64,000 nt of DNA from Faecousia sp. (GCA_045628065.1 JAZQOW010000054.1:20968-84967); one strand, 5' to 3'; shown: positions 28,818 to 41,308, counted from the first letter of the stretch. Numbers and translations: made by a program. Notes: generated from the letters alone by a model not told the origin.

Positions 28818-30188
28818 TTATTTGCCGTAGTACTGATCCAGATATTTGTCGTCAATACGCTTCAGCTCGGACCTGGGCAGGATGGAAAGCAGCTTCCAGC
28901 CGATGGCCAGAGTTTCTTCGATATCGCGGTTTGCCTTGTAGCCCTGGGAGACGTATTCGTTTTCAAAGGCGTCTGCAAATCTGGCGTAAATCTTGTCGAT
29001 ATCGGTCAGGGCGGCTTCGCCGAGAACGATCATCAGCTCCTTGGCTTCCTTGCCTCTGGCGTAGGCGGCGAAGAGCTGGTTCATGGTGTTGGCGTGGTCG
29101 GCTCTGGTCTTGCCTTCGCCGATGCCCTTATCCTTCAGACGGCTCAGGGAGGGCAGTACATCAATGGGAGGCGTGATGCCCTTGCGGTACAGATCACGGC
29201 TCAGGATGACCTGACCCTCGGTGATATAGCCGGTAAGGTCGGGGATGGGATGGGTCTTATCGTCTTCGGGCATGGTCAGAATGGGGATCATGGTGATCGA
29301 GCCGTTCTTGCCCTTCTGGCGGCCTGCGCGCTCGTAGAGAGAGGCAAGGTCGGTGTACATATAGCCGGGGTAGCCGCGGCGGCCGGGAACTTCCTTACGC
29401 GCAGCGGAGACCTCACGCAGGGCGTCGGCGTAGTTGGTGATATCGGTGAGGATGACCAGAACGTGCATGCCCTTCTCGAATGCGAGATATTCGGCGGCGG
29501 TCAGTGCCATACGGGGGGTAGAGATACGTTCAACAGCGGGGTCATTGGCGAGGTTGATGAACATAACGGTGCGGTCGATGGCGCCGGTTTCCTTAAAGCT
29601 CTGGACAAAGAAGTTGGATTCCTCAAAGGTAATGCCCATGGCGGCGAAGACAACGGCGAAGGGGTCGGTCGTGCCGCGCACCTTGGCCTGACGGGCGATC
29701 TGGGCAGCCAGATTGGAGTGGGGCAGACCGCTGGCGGAGAAGATGGGCAGCTTCTGGCCGCGAACGAGGGTGTTCAGGCCGTCAATCGCGGAGATACCGG
29801 TCTGAATGAATTCCTCGGGGTAGGCGCGGGCAGCGGGATTCATGGGCAGACCGTTGATGTCCATGCGGGCATCGGGAAGAATTTCGGGGCCGTCATCAAT
29901 GGGACGTCCCAGACCGTCGAACACGCGGCCCAGCATATCCTCAGATACGCCAAGCTCCATGCTGCGGCCAAGGAAGCGAACCTTGCTCTCGGCAAGGTTA
30001 ATGCCGGTAGCGGATTCGAACAGCTGAACGGTGGCAACATCACCGTTGATTTCCAGAACCTTACAGCGGCGGACTTCGCCGTTGGCCAGCTCGATTTCGC
30101 CCAGCTCGTCATAGGATACATTTTCAACGCCGCGAACCAGCATCAGAGGGCCGGCGACTTCCTGTATGGTACGATATTCCTTAGGCAT
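28818..30188 (-). CDS. ntpB: V-type ATP synthase subunit B
   Basis: The track ORF runs to 30227. ATG 30188 ([18 protein letters not shown]) lies 1 nt after the ntpA stop. Non-catalytic B-subunit sequence. Confidence 0.92.
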   Translation of the reverse strand: MPKEYRTIQEVAGPLMLVRGVENVSYDELGEIELANGEVRRCKVLEINGDVATVQLFESATGINLAESKVRFLGRSMELGVSEDMLGRVFDGLGRPIDDGPEILPDARMDINGLPMNPAARAYPEEFIQTGISAIDGLNTLVRGQKLPIFSASGLPHSNLAAQIARQAKVRGTTDPFAVVFAAMGITFEESNFFVQSFKETGAIDRTVMFINLANDPAVERISTPRMALTAAEYLAFEKGMHVLVILTDITNYADALREVSAARKEVPGRRGYPGYMYTDLASLYERAGRQKGKNGSITMIPILTMPEDDKTHPIPDLTGYITEGQVILSRDLYRKGITPPIDVLPSLSRLKDKGIGEGKTRADHANTMNQLFAAYARGKEAKELMIVLGEAALTDIDKIYARFADAFENEYVSQGYKANRDIEETLAIGWKLLSILPRSELKRIDDKYLDQYYGK

Positions 30189-30189
30189 A

Positions 30190-31959
30190 TCAGATACCCT
30201 CCTTTTCCACAGCCTTGGCAAGCTCATTGGTGAGCGCGGTCAGCACGGACTGATATTCCGCCTCAATGGCATCGGGGGTGGTGTACTTGAAGCGGCCGAT
30301 TCGCTCGCGGACAGCCAGCTTGACAAGTGCTTCCACGCTGGCGCCCTTGGCAAGCGCCTTGCAGGACTCGTTGTAGAAGGCAAGCACGAGCTTCATCAGC
30401 AGATACTGCTTCTCCAGCGGAGTGTAGGTGTCGATTTCGTGGAAGGAGTTCTGATGGAGGAAGTCCTCACGGATGGAGCGGGCAGCCTCCAGCTTCAGGC
30501 GGTCGGGGGCGGACAGGGCATCCATACCGACCAGCTGCACGATTTCCTGCAGCTCGGCTTCGTCCTGCAGCAGGCGCATGAGCTGTGTGCGGCTTTCCAT
30601 CCAATCTGCGTGGACATTCTGATTGAACCAGTCGGACATGGAGTCGATATAAAGGGAGTAGCTGGTCAGCCAGTTGATGGCGGGGAAGTGGCGCTTATAG
30701 GCCAGAGAGGAGTCAAGGCTCCAGAACACCTTGACGATACGCAGGGTGGCCTGAGAGACCGGCTCGGAGATATCGCCGCCGGCGGGGGATACGGCGCCGA
30801 TAACGGACAGGGCGCCTTCGCGGCCTTCCTTGCCCAGCGCGATCACGCGGCCTGCGCGTTCATAGAACTGCGCAAGGCGGCTGCCGAGATATGCGGGATA
30901 GCCTTCTTCGCCGGGCATTTCCTGCAAACGGCCGGACATTTCACGCAGAGCTTCTGCCCAGCGGGAGGTGGAGTCGGCCATCAGAGCGACGGAGTAGCCC
31001 ATATCGCGGAAGTATTCGGCAATGGTAATGCCGGTGTAGATGGAGGCCTCACGAGCCGCAACGGGCATATCGGAGGTGTTGGCAATCAGCACGGTACGCT
31101 CCATCAGGGAATAGCCGGTTTTGGGGTCCTTCAGCTCGGGGAATTCGTTCAGAACGTCGGTCATCTCGTTGCCGCGTTCGCCGCAGCCGATGTAGACGAC
31201 GATATCAGCATCTGCCCATTTTGCCAGCTGGTGCTGGATAACGGTTTTGCCGCTGCCGAAGGGGCCGGGAACGGCTGCCACACCGCCCTTGGCGATGGGG
31301 AACAGGGCGTCAACGACGCGCTGACCGGTAACCAGAGGCATCTCGGGGGGCATTTTCCGCTGATAGGGACGGCCGGAACGGACGGGCCACTTCTGCATCA
31401 TGGTCAGGGGCTTGTCGCCCTTGTCGGTGGACAGGGTCGCAACCGTTTGCTCAATGGTGTAGTCGCCTTCGCTGATTTCCTTCACGGTGCCCTTGATACC
31501 GTAGGGAACCATGATCTTGTGGACAACAATGGGGGTCTCCTGCACGGTGCCGATGATATCGCCGGCCTCGACCTTGTCGCCCTTCTTGACACAGGGGACA
31601 AAGTGCCATACCAGCTCACGCTTCAGGGCGGGAACTTCCACGCCGCGTTTGAGGAGATTGCCTCCGGATATTTTCATAATGTCATCCAGCGGGCGCTGGA
31701 TGCCGTCGTAAATGCTCTTAATAAGACCGGGCCCGAGCTCTACGCTCAGGGGCATGCCGGTAGATTCCACGGGTTCGCCCGGGCCTAAGCCGGAGGTCTC
31801 CTCGTAGACCTGCACGGAGGCACGGTCACCGTGCACCTCGATGATCTCACCGATCAGGCGCTGGGAGCTGACACGCACAACGTCAAACATATTGGCATCG
31901 CGCATACCCTCTGCAATGACCAGAGGTCCTGCGACCTTCTGAATAATGCCTGCACTCAT
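30190..31959 (-). CDS. ntpA: V-type ATP synthase catalytic subunit A
   Basis: 589 aa. Walker [10 protein letters not shown]. Confidence 0.93.
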   Translation of the reverse strand: MSAGIIQKVAGPLVIAEGMRDANMFDVVRVSSQRLIGEIIEVHGDRASVQVYEETSGLGPGEPVESTGMPLSVELGPGLIKSIYDGIQRPLDDIMKISGGNLLKRGVEVPALKRELVWHFVPCVKKGDKVEAGDIIGTVQETPIVVHKIMVPYGIKGTVKEISEGDYTIEQTVATLSTDKGDKPLTMMQKWPVRSGRPYQRKMPPEMPLVTGQRVVDALFPIAKGGVAAVPGPFGSGKTVIQHQLAKWADADIVVYIGCGERGNEMTDVLNEFPELKDPKTGYSLMERTVLIANTSDMPVAAREASIYTGITIAEYFRDMGYSVALMADSTSRWAEALREMSGRLQEMPGEEGYPAYLGSRLAQFYERAGRVIALGKEGREGALSVIGAVSPAGGDISEPVSQATLRIVKVFWSLDSSLAYKRHFPAINWLTSYSLYIDSMSDWFNQNVHADWMESRTQLMRLLQDEAELQEIVQLVGMDALSAPDRLKLEAARSIREDFLHQNSFHEIDTYTPLEKQYLLMKLVLAFYNESCKALAKGASVEALVKLAVRERIGRFKYTTPDAIEAEYQSVLTALTNELAKAVEKEGI

Positions 31960-31980
31960 TTCGGATAATCACCCACCTTT

Positions 31981-32304
31981 CTAATTTTCGTTATTAAAGA
32001 TAATGTCGGAGCCAACAGCCTGCTCCACGGACTTCTTGACCGAGGCGATGCCTGCGCCGGTGTTCCCGGCGATGCCGGGGATCAGAATGATGGCGGGGAG
32101 CATCTGCTCGCGGAAAGAGGCCAGCTCTTCTGTGAGTTCTGCGGCCATGGCCTCTGTGATATAGATGACGGCATGGGAGCCGCCTGCTATTTTTTTCAGG
32201 ACAGCGGCAGCCTCCTGTGCATCGGTCACCGGGAAGGTGTCCAGACCCAGGGCGGCAAAGCCGTAAATGCTGTCGTAATCGCCGATGACTGCTGCCTTAT
32301 ACAT
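31981..32304 (-). CDS. V-type ATP synthase subunit F
   Basis: 107 aa. MYKAAVIGDYDSIYGFAALGLD is typical of prokaryotic V/A-type F subunits. Confidence 0.85.
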   Translation of the reverse strand: MYKAAVIGDYDSIYGFAALGLDTFPVTDAQEAAAVLKKIAGGSHAVIYITEAMAAELTEELASFREQMLPAIILIPGIAGNTGAGIASVKKSVEQAVGSDIIFNNEN

Positions 32305-33271
32305 ACATTTCCCTTAACCTTTCCCGGATGATCGTCTCGGGCAGCGCATTGAGCTTGCAGGAGAGGACGACCCGTGCGCACTTGATCTCGTTTTCCTTGG
32401 CCAGCAGATAGGCTGCCAGAGGGCCGACGGTGAACGGATTGTACTTCTGGGGCTGCATGTGACGGATGATCAGGTTGTCGCACCACCGGTCGATGGCGGC
32501 AGGGGATTCCTGCAGGAGCCCGGCGGCCTCGGCATATTCGGTGCCGCTGAGATAGTCCGCAATGGCAGACTTCCCTGCCACGGCGGCATGTGCCAGAGCC
32601 TCCGCATCAAGCGTATTGCAGGGTGTCAGCGCTCTGCGGATGAAATCCAGAGATTTTCCGGTCTGGCTGCTGCGCAGGGCAATCTTGATGTTGGCGGCAA
32701 CGACGGACAGCAGAGCATAGCGCTCGAGCACTTCGTTCTTGGTGGCTTTTCCCGTCCGGAGCATTTCCTCCATGGCGGCACGATCCAGAATCACATCGCA
32801 AAGCTGGCCGTCGCCGGTCTGCACCATGGCGTCATAGGCTTCCTGCGCGGCCTTTGCCATTTCCCCGGGCAGGGCGGCAAAGTCCTTGGCCTTGACCAGC
32901 CGGAGCACATCCTCATAGGGAAGGCGGCCGTTGGTCTGGAACAGACGCTCGGGCGGGAGCTTGGAGTTGGTATAGATGAGCTTGATGGCGGCCTTCAGGT
33001 TGTGGAAATCGTCGGGGATACGCAGAACGTCAAAAACCGACATATCCTGTACCATTTCCGCAACGGTCTGCCATGCTTTTTTCTTTTCGCTTGCTAAAAT
33101 AGTTTCCGCATCCAGCTTGTCATCGGAGAAGCCCCAGCCTTTATCGACAAGAAAATGGAGAGCCTCATCATAGCTTTTGCAGGAGATGAGCTGTTCGAAC
33201 GTGGATGCGCTGAACAGGCCAAGCTCCTTGGCGCGGATGCGGGCTACCGCGTAGGTATAATCCTTTTGCAT
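32297..33271 (-). CDS. ntpC: V-type ATP synthase subunit C (d-like)
   Basis: 324 aa. MQKDYTYAVARIRAKELGLF; position between E and F. Confidence 0.85.
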   Translation of the reverse strand: MQKDYTYAVARIRAKELGLFSASTFEQLISCKSYDEALHFLVDKGWGFSDDKLDAETILASEKKKAWQTVAEMVQDMSVFDVLRIPDDFHNLKAAIKLIYTNSKLPPERLFQTNGRLPYEDVLRLVKAKDFAALPGEMAKAAQEAYDAMVQTGDGQLCDVILDRAAMEEMLRTGKATKNEVLERYALLSVVAANIKIALRSSQTGKSLDFIRRALTPCNTLDAEALAHAAVAGKSAIADYLSGTEYAEAAGLLQESPAAIDRWCDNLIIRHMQPQKYNPFTVGPLAAYLLAKENEIKCARVVLSCKLNALPETIIRERLREMYV

Positions 33272-33299
33272 GAGTTATGCCTCCTTTTGCGGTGATCTG

Positions 33300-33899
33300 T
33301 CAGGAGAACAGCCGAGCGCGGACGATGTCCTGAAGGCGCTCTTTATCTGCTTCAAACAGGGCCTCAAAGGAGCAGTTTTCTTCGATTCCGCCATAGGCGA
33401 GGATGAAGCCGCCGCCGATGTCCCGGGGCGTATCGGACAGCACCAGCGTGCCGCCCTTTTCCTGACCGATTTCATTGAGCTTGCCGGGGAAGTAGGCAGG
33501 TGCGCGATCCAGATCGGACTGAGACAGGTACACAACACCGTCCCCCTTCTGGGCGTACTTCCGTGCCAGCTTCAGAAGCAGAACGAAGTAGTCGATGGCA
33601 GGGAGATTGGAAAGCTTTTCCCGGGACTGTGCAATGATGTCCTGGATCATGGCCTGCTTTGCGGTCAGGATGCGGTTTTTGCGCTGCATTTGCGCACTGG
33701 ATTTCCCGCGGGAGAGCAGGTCAGCGCGGAGAACCTCTGCATCGGCGCTGGCTTGCGCGTCGATTTTGGCGCAGGTGTCGGTGGCTTTGGCAAGGATTTC
33801 AGCCTTTTCGGCATCGGTCTTTGCCTGAATTTCCGCACAGGCTGTAGCTGCATCCCGCTGGATCTGATCAATAATTTTTTCTAATCCACTCATATCCAT
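33300..33899 (-). CDS. ntpE: V-type ATP synthase subunit E
   Basis: 199 aa. Long N-terminal helix (EKIIDQIQRDAATACAEIQAKTDAEKAEIL) and a globular C-terminus. The start could be M3 at 33893. Confidence 0.82.
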   Translation of the reverse strand: MDMSGLEKIIDQIQRDAATACAEIQAKTDAEKAEILAKATDTCAKIDAQASADAEVLRADLLSRGKSSAQMQRKNRILTAKQAMIQDIIAQSREKLSNLPAIDYFVLLLKLARKYAQKGDGVVYLSQSDLDRAPAYFPGKLNEIGQEKGGTLVLSDTPRDIGGGFILAYGGIEENCSFEALFEADKERLQDIVRARLFS

Positions 33900-33931
33900 C
33901 CTTATTCCTTAACAATCGGGTGTGAGATGAA

Positions 33932-36414
<2,483 letters not shown>

Positions 36415-36451
36415 GTTGGAATCACCCTCTTTACTTCTGGTAGGATTGGGC

Positions 36452-36760
36452 TCAGTTCATCTCAGCAATGACGGCAGAAATGGCCTTAGCCCCGTTTTTT
36501 TGACCCTGACGCTGCAGGGCCTCAATTTCCTTGGTCACGCTCTCGGCGCTGGCAAGGGAAATCTGCTCCGCTTCATGCAGGGCGGCAGCGCGGGTTTCGT
36601 CGAGCTTCTTCCCGGCGCGAGCCTTCGCTGCGGCAATCATCTCCTCCGCCTGTGCGTTGGCTTCGGCAATGGCTGCATTGGCGAAAGACTGGGCGTCACG
36701 GATGGATTGATCGGCGGCCAGCTCTGCCTGGCGGATTGCTTCCATGGTTTGCTTTGCCAT
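36452..36760 (-). CDS. V-type ATP synthase peripheral-stalk subunit (G/H-like)
   Basis: The track ORF runs to 36868. ATG 36760 (MAKQTMEAIRQAELAADQSIRDAQ) follows GAAAGGAA. 102-aa Ala/Glu-rich helix; first gene of the operon. Confidence 0.75.
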   Translation of the reverse strand: MAKQTMEAIRQAELAADQSIRDAQSFANAAIAEANAQAEEMIAAAKARAGKKLDETRAAALHEAEQISLASAESVTKEIEALQRQGQKNGAKAISAVIAEMN

Positions 36761-36892
36761 AATTGAGAACATTCCTTTCTGGATGAAGCGGGGTGCCGGA
36801 GACAGGCTGCCGACAGTGGGTTTTGCGCGGTGTCCGGCGGCTTTTTCTCCGGGTAAGCCCAAACTCACCCATAATACAAAATACCATATAAC

Positions 36893-36921
36893 ATTATAAT
36901 GAATGCCTTTTCAAAAATCAA
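36893..36921 (-). promoter_or_regulatory. sigma70-like promoter of the V-ATPase operon
   Basis: Reverse strand: TTGATT, 17-nt spacer, TATAAT. This leaves a leader of about 125 nt. Confidence 0.55.
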
Positions 36922-37465
36922 GGAAAAGTGTTTCCCTCCGGCGGCTGATTTTTGGGGTGCTTTTGTTGAAAGTGACAAGGAATCACAACTTTGCCCCTGC
37001 TGATGAAGGGTTTCGGACAGAAAGATTTACTATTATTACAAAACAGGACAAAAACAATGTATATTCATCATATGTTTCACAATTTCGTGAATTTTTAGAA
37101 CTTCCGGAACGAAAGAAGTATGTCAGGTGTCAATTTGTGTGCGCTGTCTGCTTTGCTGCTCCTTTTGAAGCGGCGGCAGACCGATTATATGAGTATTTGA
37201 ATAATGTAAGCTTTCAACTGGCATTTTGAGACGTAAGCTGTGCCGAAAAAGGCATAAATATGGAGGATGTTAGAATCAAAAATTCATTTTGTGTACTTTG
37301 CAGTGGAAATTCAAAAAAATGGCATTTCGAGTCCTATTCCGTGGAAAATGTAATAATTCCATTTCTTTCCATTGTTTTTTGACGAAGTGCACAAAAATAT
37401 GCATGAGAATTTTACGTTAATATCGTCTTAAAAAATATTTTTCGCAAAAAAGACGAATATTTCTA

Positions 37466-37494
37466 TTGCTATTATGCTGGAAAACTGTTATACT
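37466..37494 (+). promoter_or_regulatory. sigma70-like promoter for nahK-ROK-nagA
   Basis: TTGCTA, 17-nt spacer, TATACT. A 7-bp inverted repeat TCGTCTT/AAGACGA lies just upstream (37423-37456). Confidence 0.5.
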
Positions 37495-37575
37495 GGGCGG
37501 GTATATCATATGATTTCTGAGCCGCAAAACAGGAAAGCAACTGTGCGGCATATACAGCACATATGGAGGATTAAA

Positions 37576-38646
37576 ATGCAAAAGTCGATCAACTATTTTC
37601 AGGTAGAAGGCAAGCCGGTGGAGTGCCGGGCTTTCGGACATGGACATATCAATTATACTTATAAGATTACCACCGATATTGGTAAGGAATACATCCTTCA
37701 GCGCATCAATAAAAATGTGTTTAAAGATCCTGAGTCTCTGATGGAGAATGTCAGTGAGGTTTCCAGATATATGAGCGAGCGCGTGGAAGATCCCCGCTCT
37801 GCACTTCGTTTTATTCCGGCTGATGACGGCAAGTATTATCATAAGGATAAGCGCGGCGAATACTGGCGCGTTTATGAGTTTGTCGGCGGCTTCTGCCTGG
37901 AGGCTGCGGAAACAGCGGAAGATTTCTATGAGAGCGCCATCGCTTTCGGCAGCTTCCAGGAAATGCTTCGGGATTTCCCCGCAGAAAAGCTGCATGAGAC
38001 CATCCCTGAATTTCATAACACCATCAACCGCTACGTCATTTTTGAAGATGCACTGGAGCAGGATATGTGCAACCGCGCCAAGAGCGTGGAGTACGAGATC
38101 GGCTTTATTATGGCGCGAAAGGGCGAGGCCGGTATGCTCCAGCGTATGCGCGAGTCCGGCGAGCTGCCGCTTCGCGTGACCCACAATGATACCAAGCTGA
38201 ATAATGTTTTGCTCGACTCGCAGACCCGCAAGGCCCTGTGTGTGCTGGATCTTGATACCGTCATGCCCGGCCTGAGTTTATATGATTACGGCGATTCCAT
38301 CCGCTTTGGTGCCTCCACCGCTGCTGAGGATGAGCCTGACCTTGACAAGATTCATGTGAATCTTGATCTGTTCCGTATCTATACTCTGGGCTATATGCGT
38401 TCGTGCCACTCTCTGACCCCGCAGGAAATCCGTATGCTTCCCTGGGGCGCCCGCATCATTACTTTGGAGCTGGGTGTTCGATTCCTCACCGATTATCTCG
38501 AGGGGGATCAGTATTTCAAAGTCGCATATCCGGAGCATAACCTGGTTCGCGCCAGAGCGCAGCTGAAGCTTGTTGCGGATATGGAAGAACACTGGGACGA
38601 GATGGAGGCAATTGTGCAGGAGGTTGCACAGAGCCTCAACTATTGA
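37576..38646 (+). CDS. nahK: N-acetylhexosamine 1-kinase (NahK/LnpB-like, APH fold)
   Basis: The track ORF starts at 37474. ATG 37576 (MQKSINYF) follows GGAGGA. Strong resemblance, from memory, to Bifidobacterium longum NahK: RVTHNDTKLNNVLLD, DLDTVMPG, DYGDSIRFGAST, YPEHNLVRARAQLKLV. Confidence 0.82.
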   Translation: MQKSINYFQVEGKPVECRAFGHGHINYTYKITTDIGKEYILQRINKNVFKDPESLMENVSEVSRYMSERVEDPRSALRFIPADDGKYYHKDKRGEYWRVYEFVGGFCLEAAETAEDFYESAIAFGSFQEMLRDFPAEKLHETIPEFHNTINRYVIFEDALEQDMCNRAKSVEYEIGFIMARKGEAGMLQRMRESGELPLRVTHNDTKLNNVLLDSQTRKALCVLDLDTVMPGLSLYDYGDSIRFGASTAAEDEPDLDKIHVNLDLFRIYTLGYMRSCHSLTPQEIRMLPWGARIITLELGVRFLTDYLEGDQYFKVAYPEHNLVRARAQLKLVADMEEHWDEMEAIVQEVAQSLNY

Positions 38647-38659
38647 TTGGAGGAAATAT

Positions 38660-40066
38660 ATGAACTATCTGGGTATTGATTTTTCGCTTACCCATATGCC
38701 GGAGCTCGATGGTGACTTTATTCCCTACGGTGCCTGGATTGATGCCTATCTGAAGGGCGCTGACCATCCGATTTCCATTGCTGTCGAGAGAACCGACGGC
38801 AAGATTTCCGTGCGCAGCACGAAGATTTACAACACAGCGGAAATGGCTGAGGCAGACTACCGCTATGTTGAGCGCTATGTCAAGTTCCTGCTGTGGTCCA
38901 TCGGCGGCTTCAAGGTCTATCTGCTGGGCTGCCCCGAGATCGTCAAGCGTTTGCAGGATGCCTATGTTTACTTTGAAAACGGCGACGGCGAAAACGGCCA
39001 GCGCTGGTTCGATGTCCAGTTCATGGAGGACGTTTTTGAGAATGGCTTTGCCATTGTCAATTGCGACGAGGCTTCCTTCCCCAAGGAGAACGATGCTTCC
39101 GTCAGCATCGGCGGCCATCTGGAGGGCTGCCGGATCGGCTTTGATGCAGGCGGCTCCGACCGCAAGGTTTCCGCAGTCATCGACGGTGAGACCGTCTATT
39201 CCGAAGAGGTCGTCTGGCACCCCAAGACGGAGTCCGACCCCCAGTACCACTTTAATGAAATCGTTTCCGCCTTCCGCACGGCGGCTTCCAAAATGCCCAG
39301 AGTGGACGGCATCGGCGTCAGCTCTGCCGGTGTGTTCATCGGCAATGCCCCGATGGTCTCCTCTCTGTTCATCAAGGTGCCCAGAGAGAAGGAGGTCCGT
39401 AAGCTGGTCAAGACCGTGTTTGACCGCGCGGCAAAGGAAATCGGCGATGTTCCCATCGTTGTTGCCAATGACGGCGACGTCACCGCACTGGCCGGTGCCA
39501 TGAGCATGGGCGTCCACGGCGTGATGGGCATGGCTATGGGCACGAGCGAAGCGGTCGGCTATGTAGACCGCAGCGGCAACGTGCTCGGCTGGTTCAATGA
39601 GCTGGCCTTCGCTCCTGTTGACCTGAACGAAAACGCCATGGCGGACGAATGGTCCACCGATATTGGCGTGGGCTGCAAGTATTTCTCTCAGGATGCCGTG
39701 ATCAAGCTGGCACCCGCTGCCGGAATCGAGCTGGCAGATAACCTGACCCCTGCCCAGAAGCTGGAGGTCGTTCAGGGTCTCATGGAGCAGGGTGATGAGA
39801 GAGCAGAGAAAATTTTTGCATCCATCGGCTGCTATCTTGCCCATACCATCAATCTTTATTGCCATTTTTATGATATTGACCACCTGATCGTGCTTGGACG
39901 CGTCATGTCCGGTCGCGGCGGTGAAGTCATTATGGAAGAATGCAGAAAGGTGCTGCGTGATGACTATCCCGCTCTCGCGCAGAGCATCAACGTCATGCTG
40001 CCTGATGAAAAAATGCGCCGCGTAGGTCAGTCCGTTGCGGCTGCCTCGCTGCCTGCCCCGATGTAA
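38660..40066 (+). CDS. ROK family protein with about 170-aa N-terminal extension (putative sugar kinase)
   Basis: ATG 38660 (MNYLGIDFSL). ROK/ASKHA core from GCRIGFDAGGSDRKV onward (VVANDGDVTALAG, GMAMGTSEAVGY). Confidence 0.78.
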   Translation: MNYLGIDFSLTHMPELDGDFIPYGAWIDAYLKGADHPISIAVERTDGKISVRSTKIYNTAEMAEADYRYVERYVKFLLWSIGGFKVYLLGCPEIVKRLQDAYVYFENGDGENGQRWFDVQFMEDVFENGFAIVNCDEASFPKENDASVSIGGHLEGCRIGFDAGGSDRKVSAVIDGETVYSEEVVWHPKTESDPQYHFNEIVSAFRTAASKMPRVDGIGVSSAGVFIGNAPMVSSLFIKVPREKEVRKLVKTVFDRAAKEIGDVPIVVANDGDVTALAGAMSMGVHGVMGMAMGTSEAVGYVDRSGNVLGWFNELAFAPVDLNENAMADEWSTDIGVGCKYFSQDAVIKLAPAAGIELADNLTPAQKLEVVQGLMEQGDERAEKIFASIGCYLAHTINLYCHFYDIDHLIVLGRVMSGRGGEVIMEECRKVLRDDYPALAQSINVMLPDEKMRRVGQSVAAASLPAPM

Positions 40067-40076
40067 GGAGAAATAC

Positions 40077-41204
40077 ATGCTTTATAAGAATGCTAATATT
40101 TATACCGCGGATTTCCGCTTTGTTACCGGCTGGTTTACGGTAGAGAACGGCCGCTTTGCACAGGTATGCGAAGGCACGACCGATGCAGAGGGCATCGATC
40201 TCGGCGGCGCAGTGGTGATTCCCGGCCTCATTGATCTCCATAACCATGGCAACTCCAACGCTGATTTTTCCGATGGCGATTATGAAGGCGTTTGCCGCAT
40301 GGCTGCCTATCTGGGCGCGAACGGCGTGACCTCCTTTGCTCCCGCCTCCATGACCCTTCCCTACGATGTTCTGGAAAAGGCTTTCGCTACCGCAGCAAAG
40401 CTGCATGCTGAGAAGCCGAAGGGCAGCGCCAAGCTGCAGGGCATTCAGATGGAAGGCCCCTTCTTCAGCGAGAAGAAAAAGGGCGCACAGAACGGCGCTT
40501 ACCTGAAGCTGCCCGACTACGAAGCCTTTGCCGCCCTCTATAACGGCTGCGGCGGCCTTGTCCGCATCGTGGACGTTGCCCCTGAGCTGGAAGGTGCCGC
40601 AGAATTTGTCGAAAAGGCAAGCAAGCTCTGCACCGTTTCCATCGCCCACACCGATTCCGATTATGACCATGCCAAGGCTGCCATCGACGCAGGCGTCACC
40701 CACCTGACCCACCTGTACAATGCCATGCCTTCCATCCATCACCGCAAGCCCGGTGTCATCGGCGCAGCTGCTGAGAACCCCAAGGTTCGTGCAGAGCTGA
40801 TCTGCGATGGCATCCATGTCCATCCCAGCTCCATCCGTCTGGCCTTCTCCATGTTCGGCGGCGAACGCATGGTTCTGATCTCCGATGCTCTGCGCTGCTG
40901 CGGTATGCCCGACGGCACCTATGAGCTCGGCGGACAGGAGGTTTTCCTGCGCGGCAAGGTCTGCACGCTGGCCGACGGCACGCTGGCAGGCTCTGTCACC
41001 AACCTGTTTGATTGCATGCGCAATGTCATCTCCTACGGCATCGCCCCCGAGACGGCTGTCCGCGCAGCCAGCTACAACCCCGCCTGCGCTCTGGGTCTGG
41101 AGAATGAGATCGGCTCCATCGCCCCCGGCAAATGCGCCGACTTCGTCATCTGCGACGCCGACTTCAACCGCAAGGAAGTTTATATCGACGGCGAAAAGGT
41201 TTAA
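40077..41204 (+). CDS. nagA: N-acetylglucosamine-6-phosphate deacetylase
   Basis: ATG 40077 (MLYKNANIYT). GLIDLHNHG metal motif, MEGPFFS, IAHTDSDYD. Confidence 0.9.
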   Translation: MLYKNANIYTADFRFVTGWFTVENGRFAQVCEGTTDAEGIDLGGAVVIPGLIDLHNHGNSNADFSDGDYEGVCRMAAYLGANGVTSFAPASMTLPYDVLEKAFATAAKLHAEKPKGSAKLQGIQMEGPFFSEKKKGAQNGAYLKLPDYEAFAALYNGCGGLVRIVDVAPELEGAAEFVEKASKLCTVSIAHTDSDYDHAKAAIDAGVTHLTHLYNAMPSIHHRKPGVIGAAAENPKVRAELICDGIHVHPSSIRLAFSMFGGERMVLISDALRCCGMPDGTYELGGQEVFLRGKVCTLADGTLAGSVTNLFDCMRNVISYGIAPETAVRAASYNPACALGLENEIGSIAPGKCADFVICDADFNRKEVYIDGEKV

Positions 41205-41220
41205 TTAAAGAATCTATTGC

Positions 41221-41250
41221 AAAAGGGCTGCCCTGGGGGCGGTCCTTTTT
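41221..41250 (+). terminator. rho-independent terminator after nagA
   Basis: AAAAGGGCTGCC, loop CTGGG, GGCGGTCCTTTTT. The 12-bp stem contains two G-U pairs. Confidence 0.6.
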
Positions 41251-41280
41251 GTTATAGCTTCCTGTATGCGCGGGCTGCGC

Positions 41281-41308
41281 TTGATTATTCCCGGAGGTGT
41301 GCTATAAT
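41281..41308 (+). promoter_or_regulatory. sigma70-like promoter (extended -10) for the acyltransferase gene
   Basis: TTGATT, 16-nt spacer, TGCTATAAT. Confidence 0.55.

Noticed and set aside
28041-30233. 730-aa ORF on the + strand
   Set aside because: It is entirely antisense to ntpD and ntpB, which have unmistakable V-ATPase sequences. Its Gly/Ala/His/Asp/Val-rich composition is typical of shadow frames in GC-rich DNA. It has no RBS.
30166-31788. 540-aa ORF on the + strand
   Set aside because: It is the antisense shadow of ntpA. It has the same biased composition and no recognisable motifs.
36903-37229. 108-aa ORF in the AT-rich spacer
   Set aside because: It has no RBS, overlaps the V-ATPase promoter, has an odd composition, and shows no recognisable motif.
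37260-37382. 40-codon ORF MEDVRIKNSFCVLCSGNSKKWHFESYSVENVIIPFLSIVF
   Set aside because: It has only a weak AAAGG upstream and no supporting evidence. I kept it as a note inside the spacer finding rather than as a feature.
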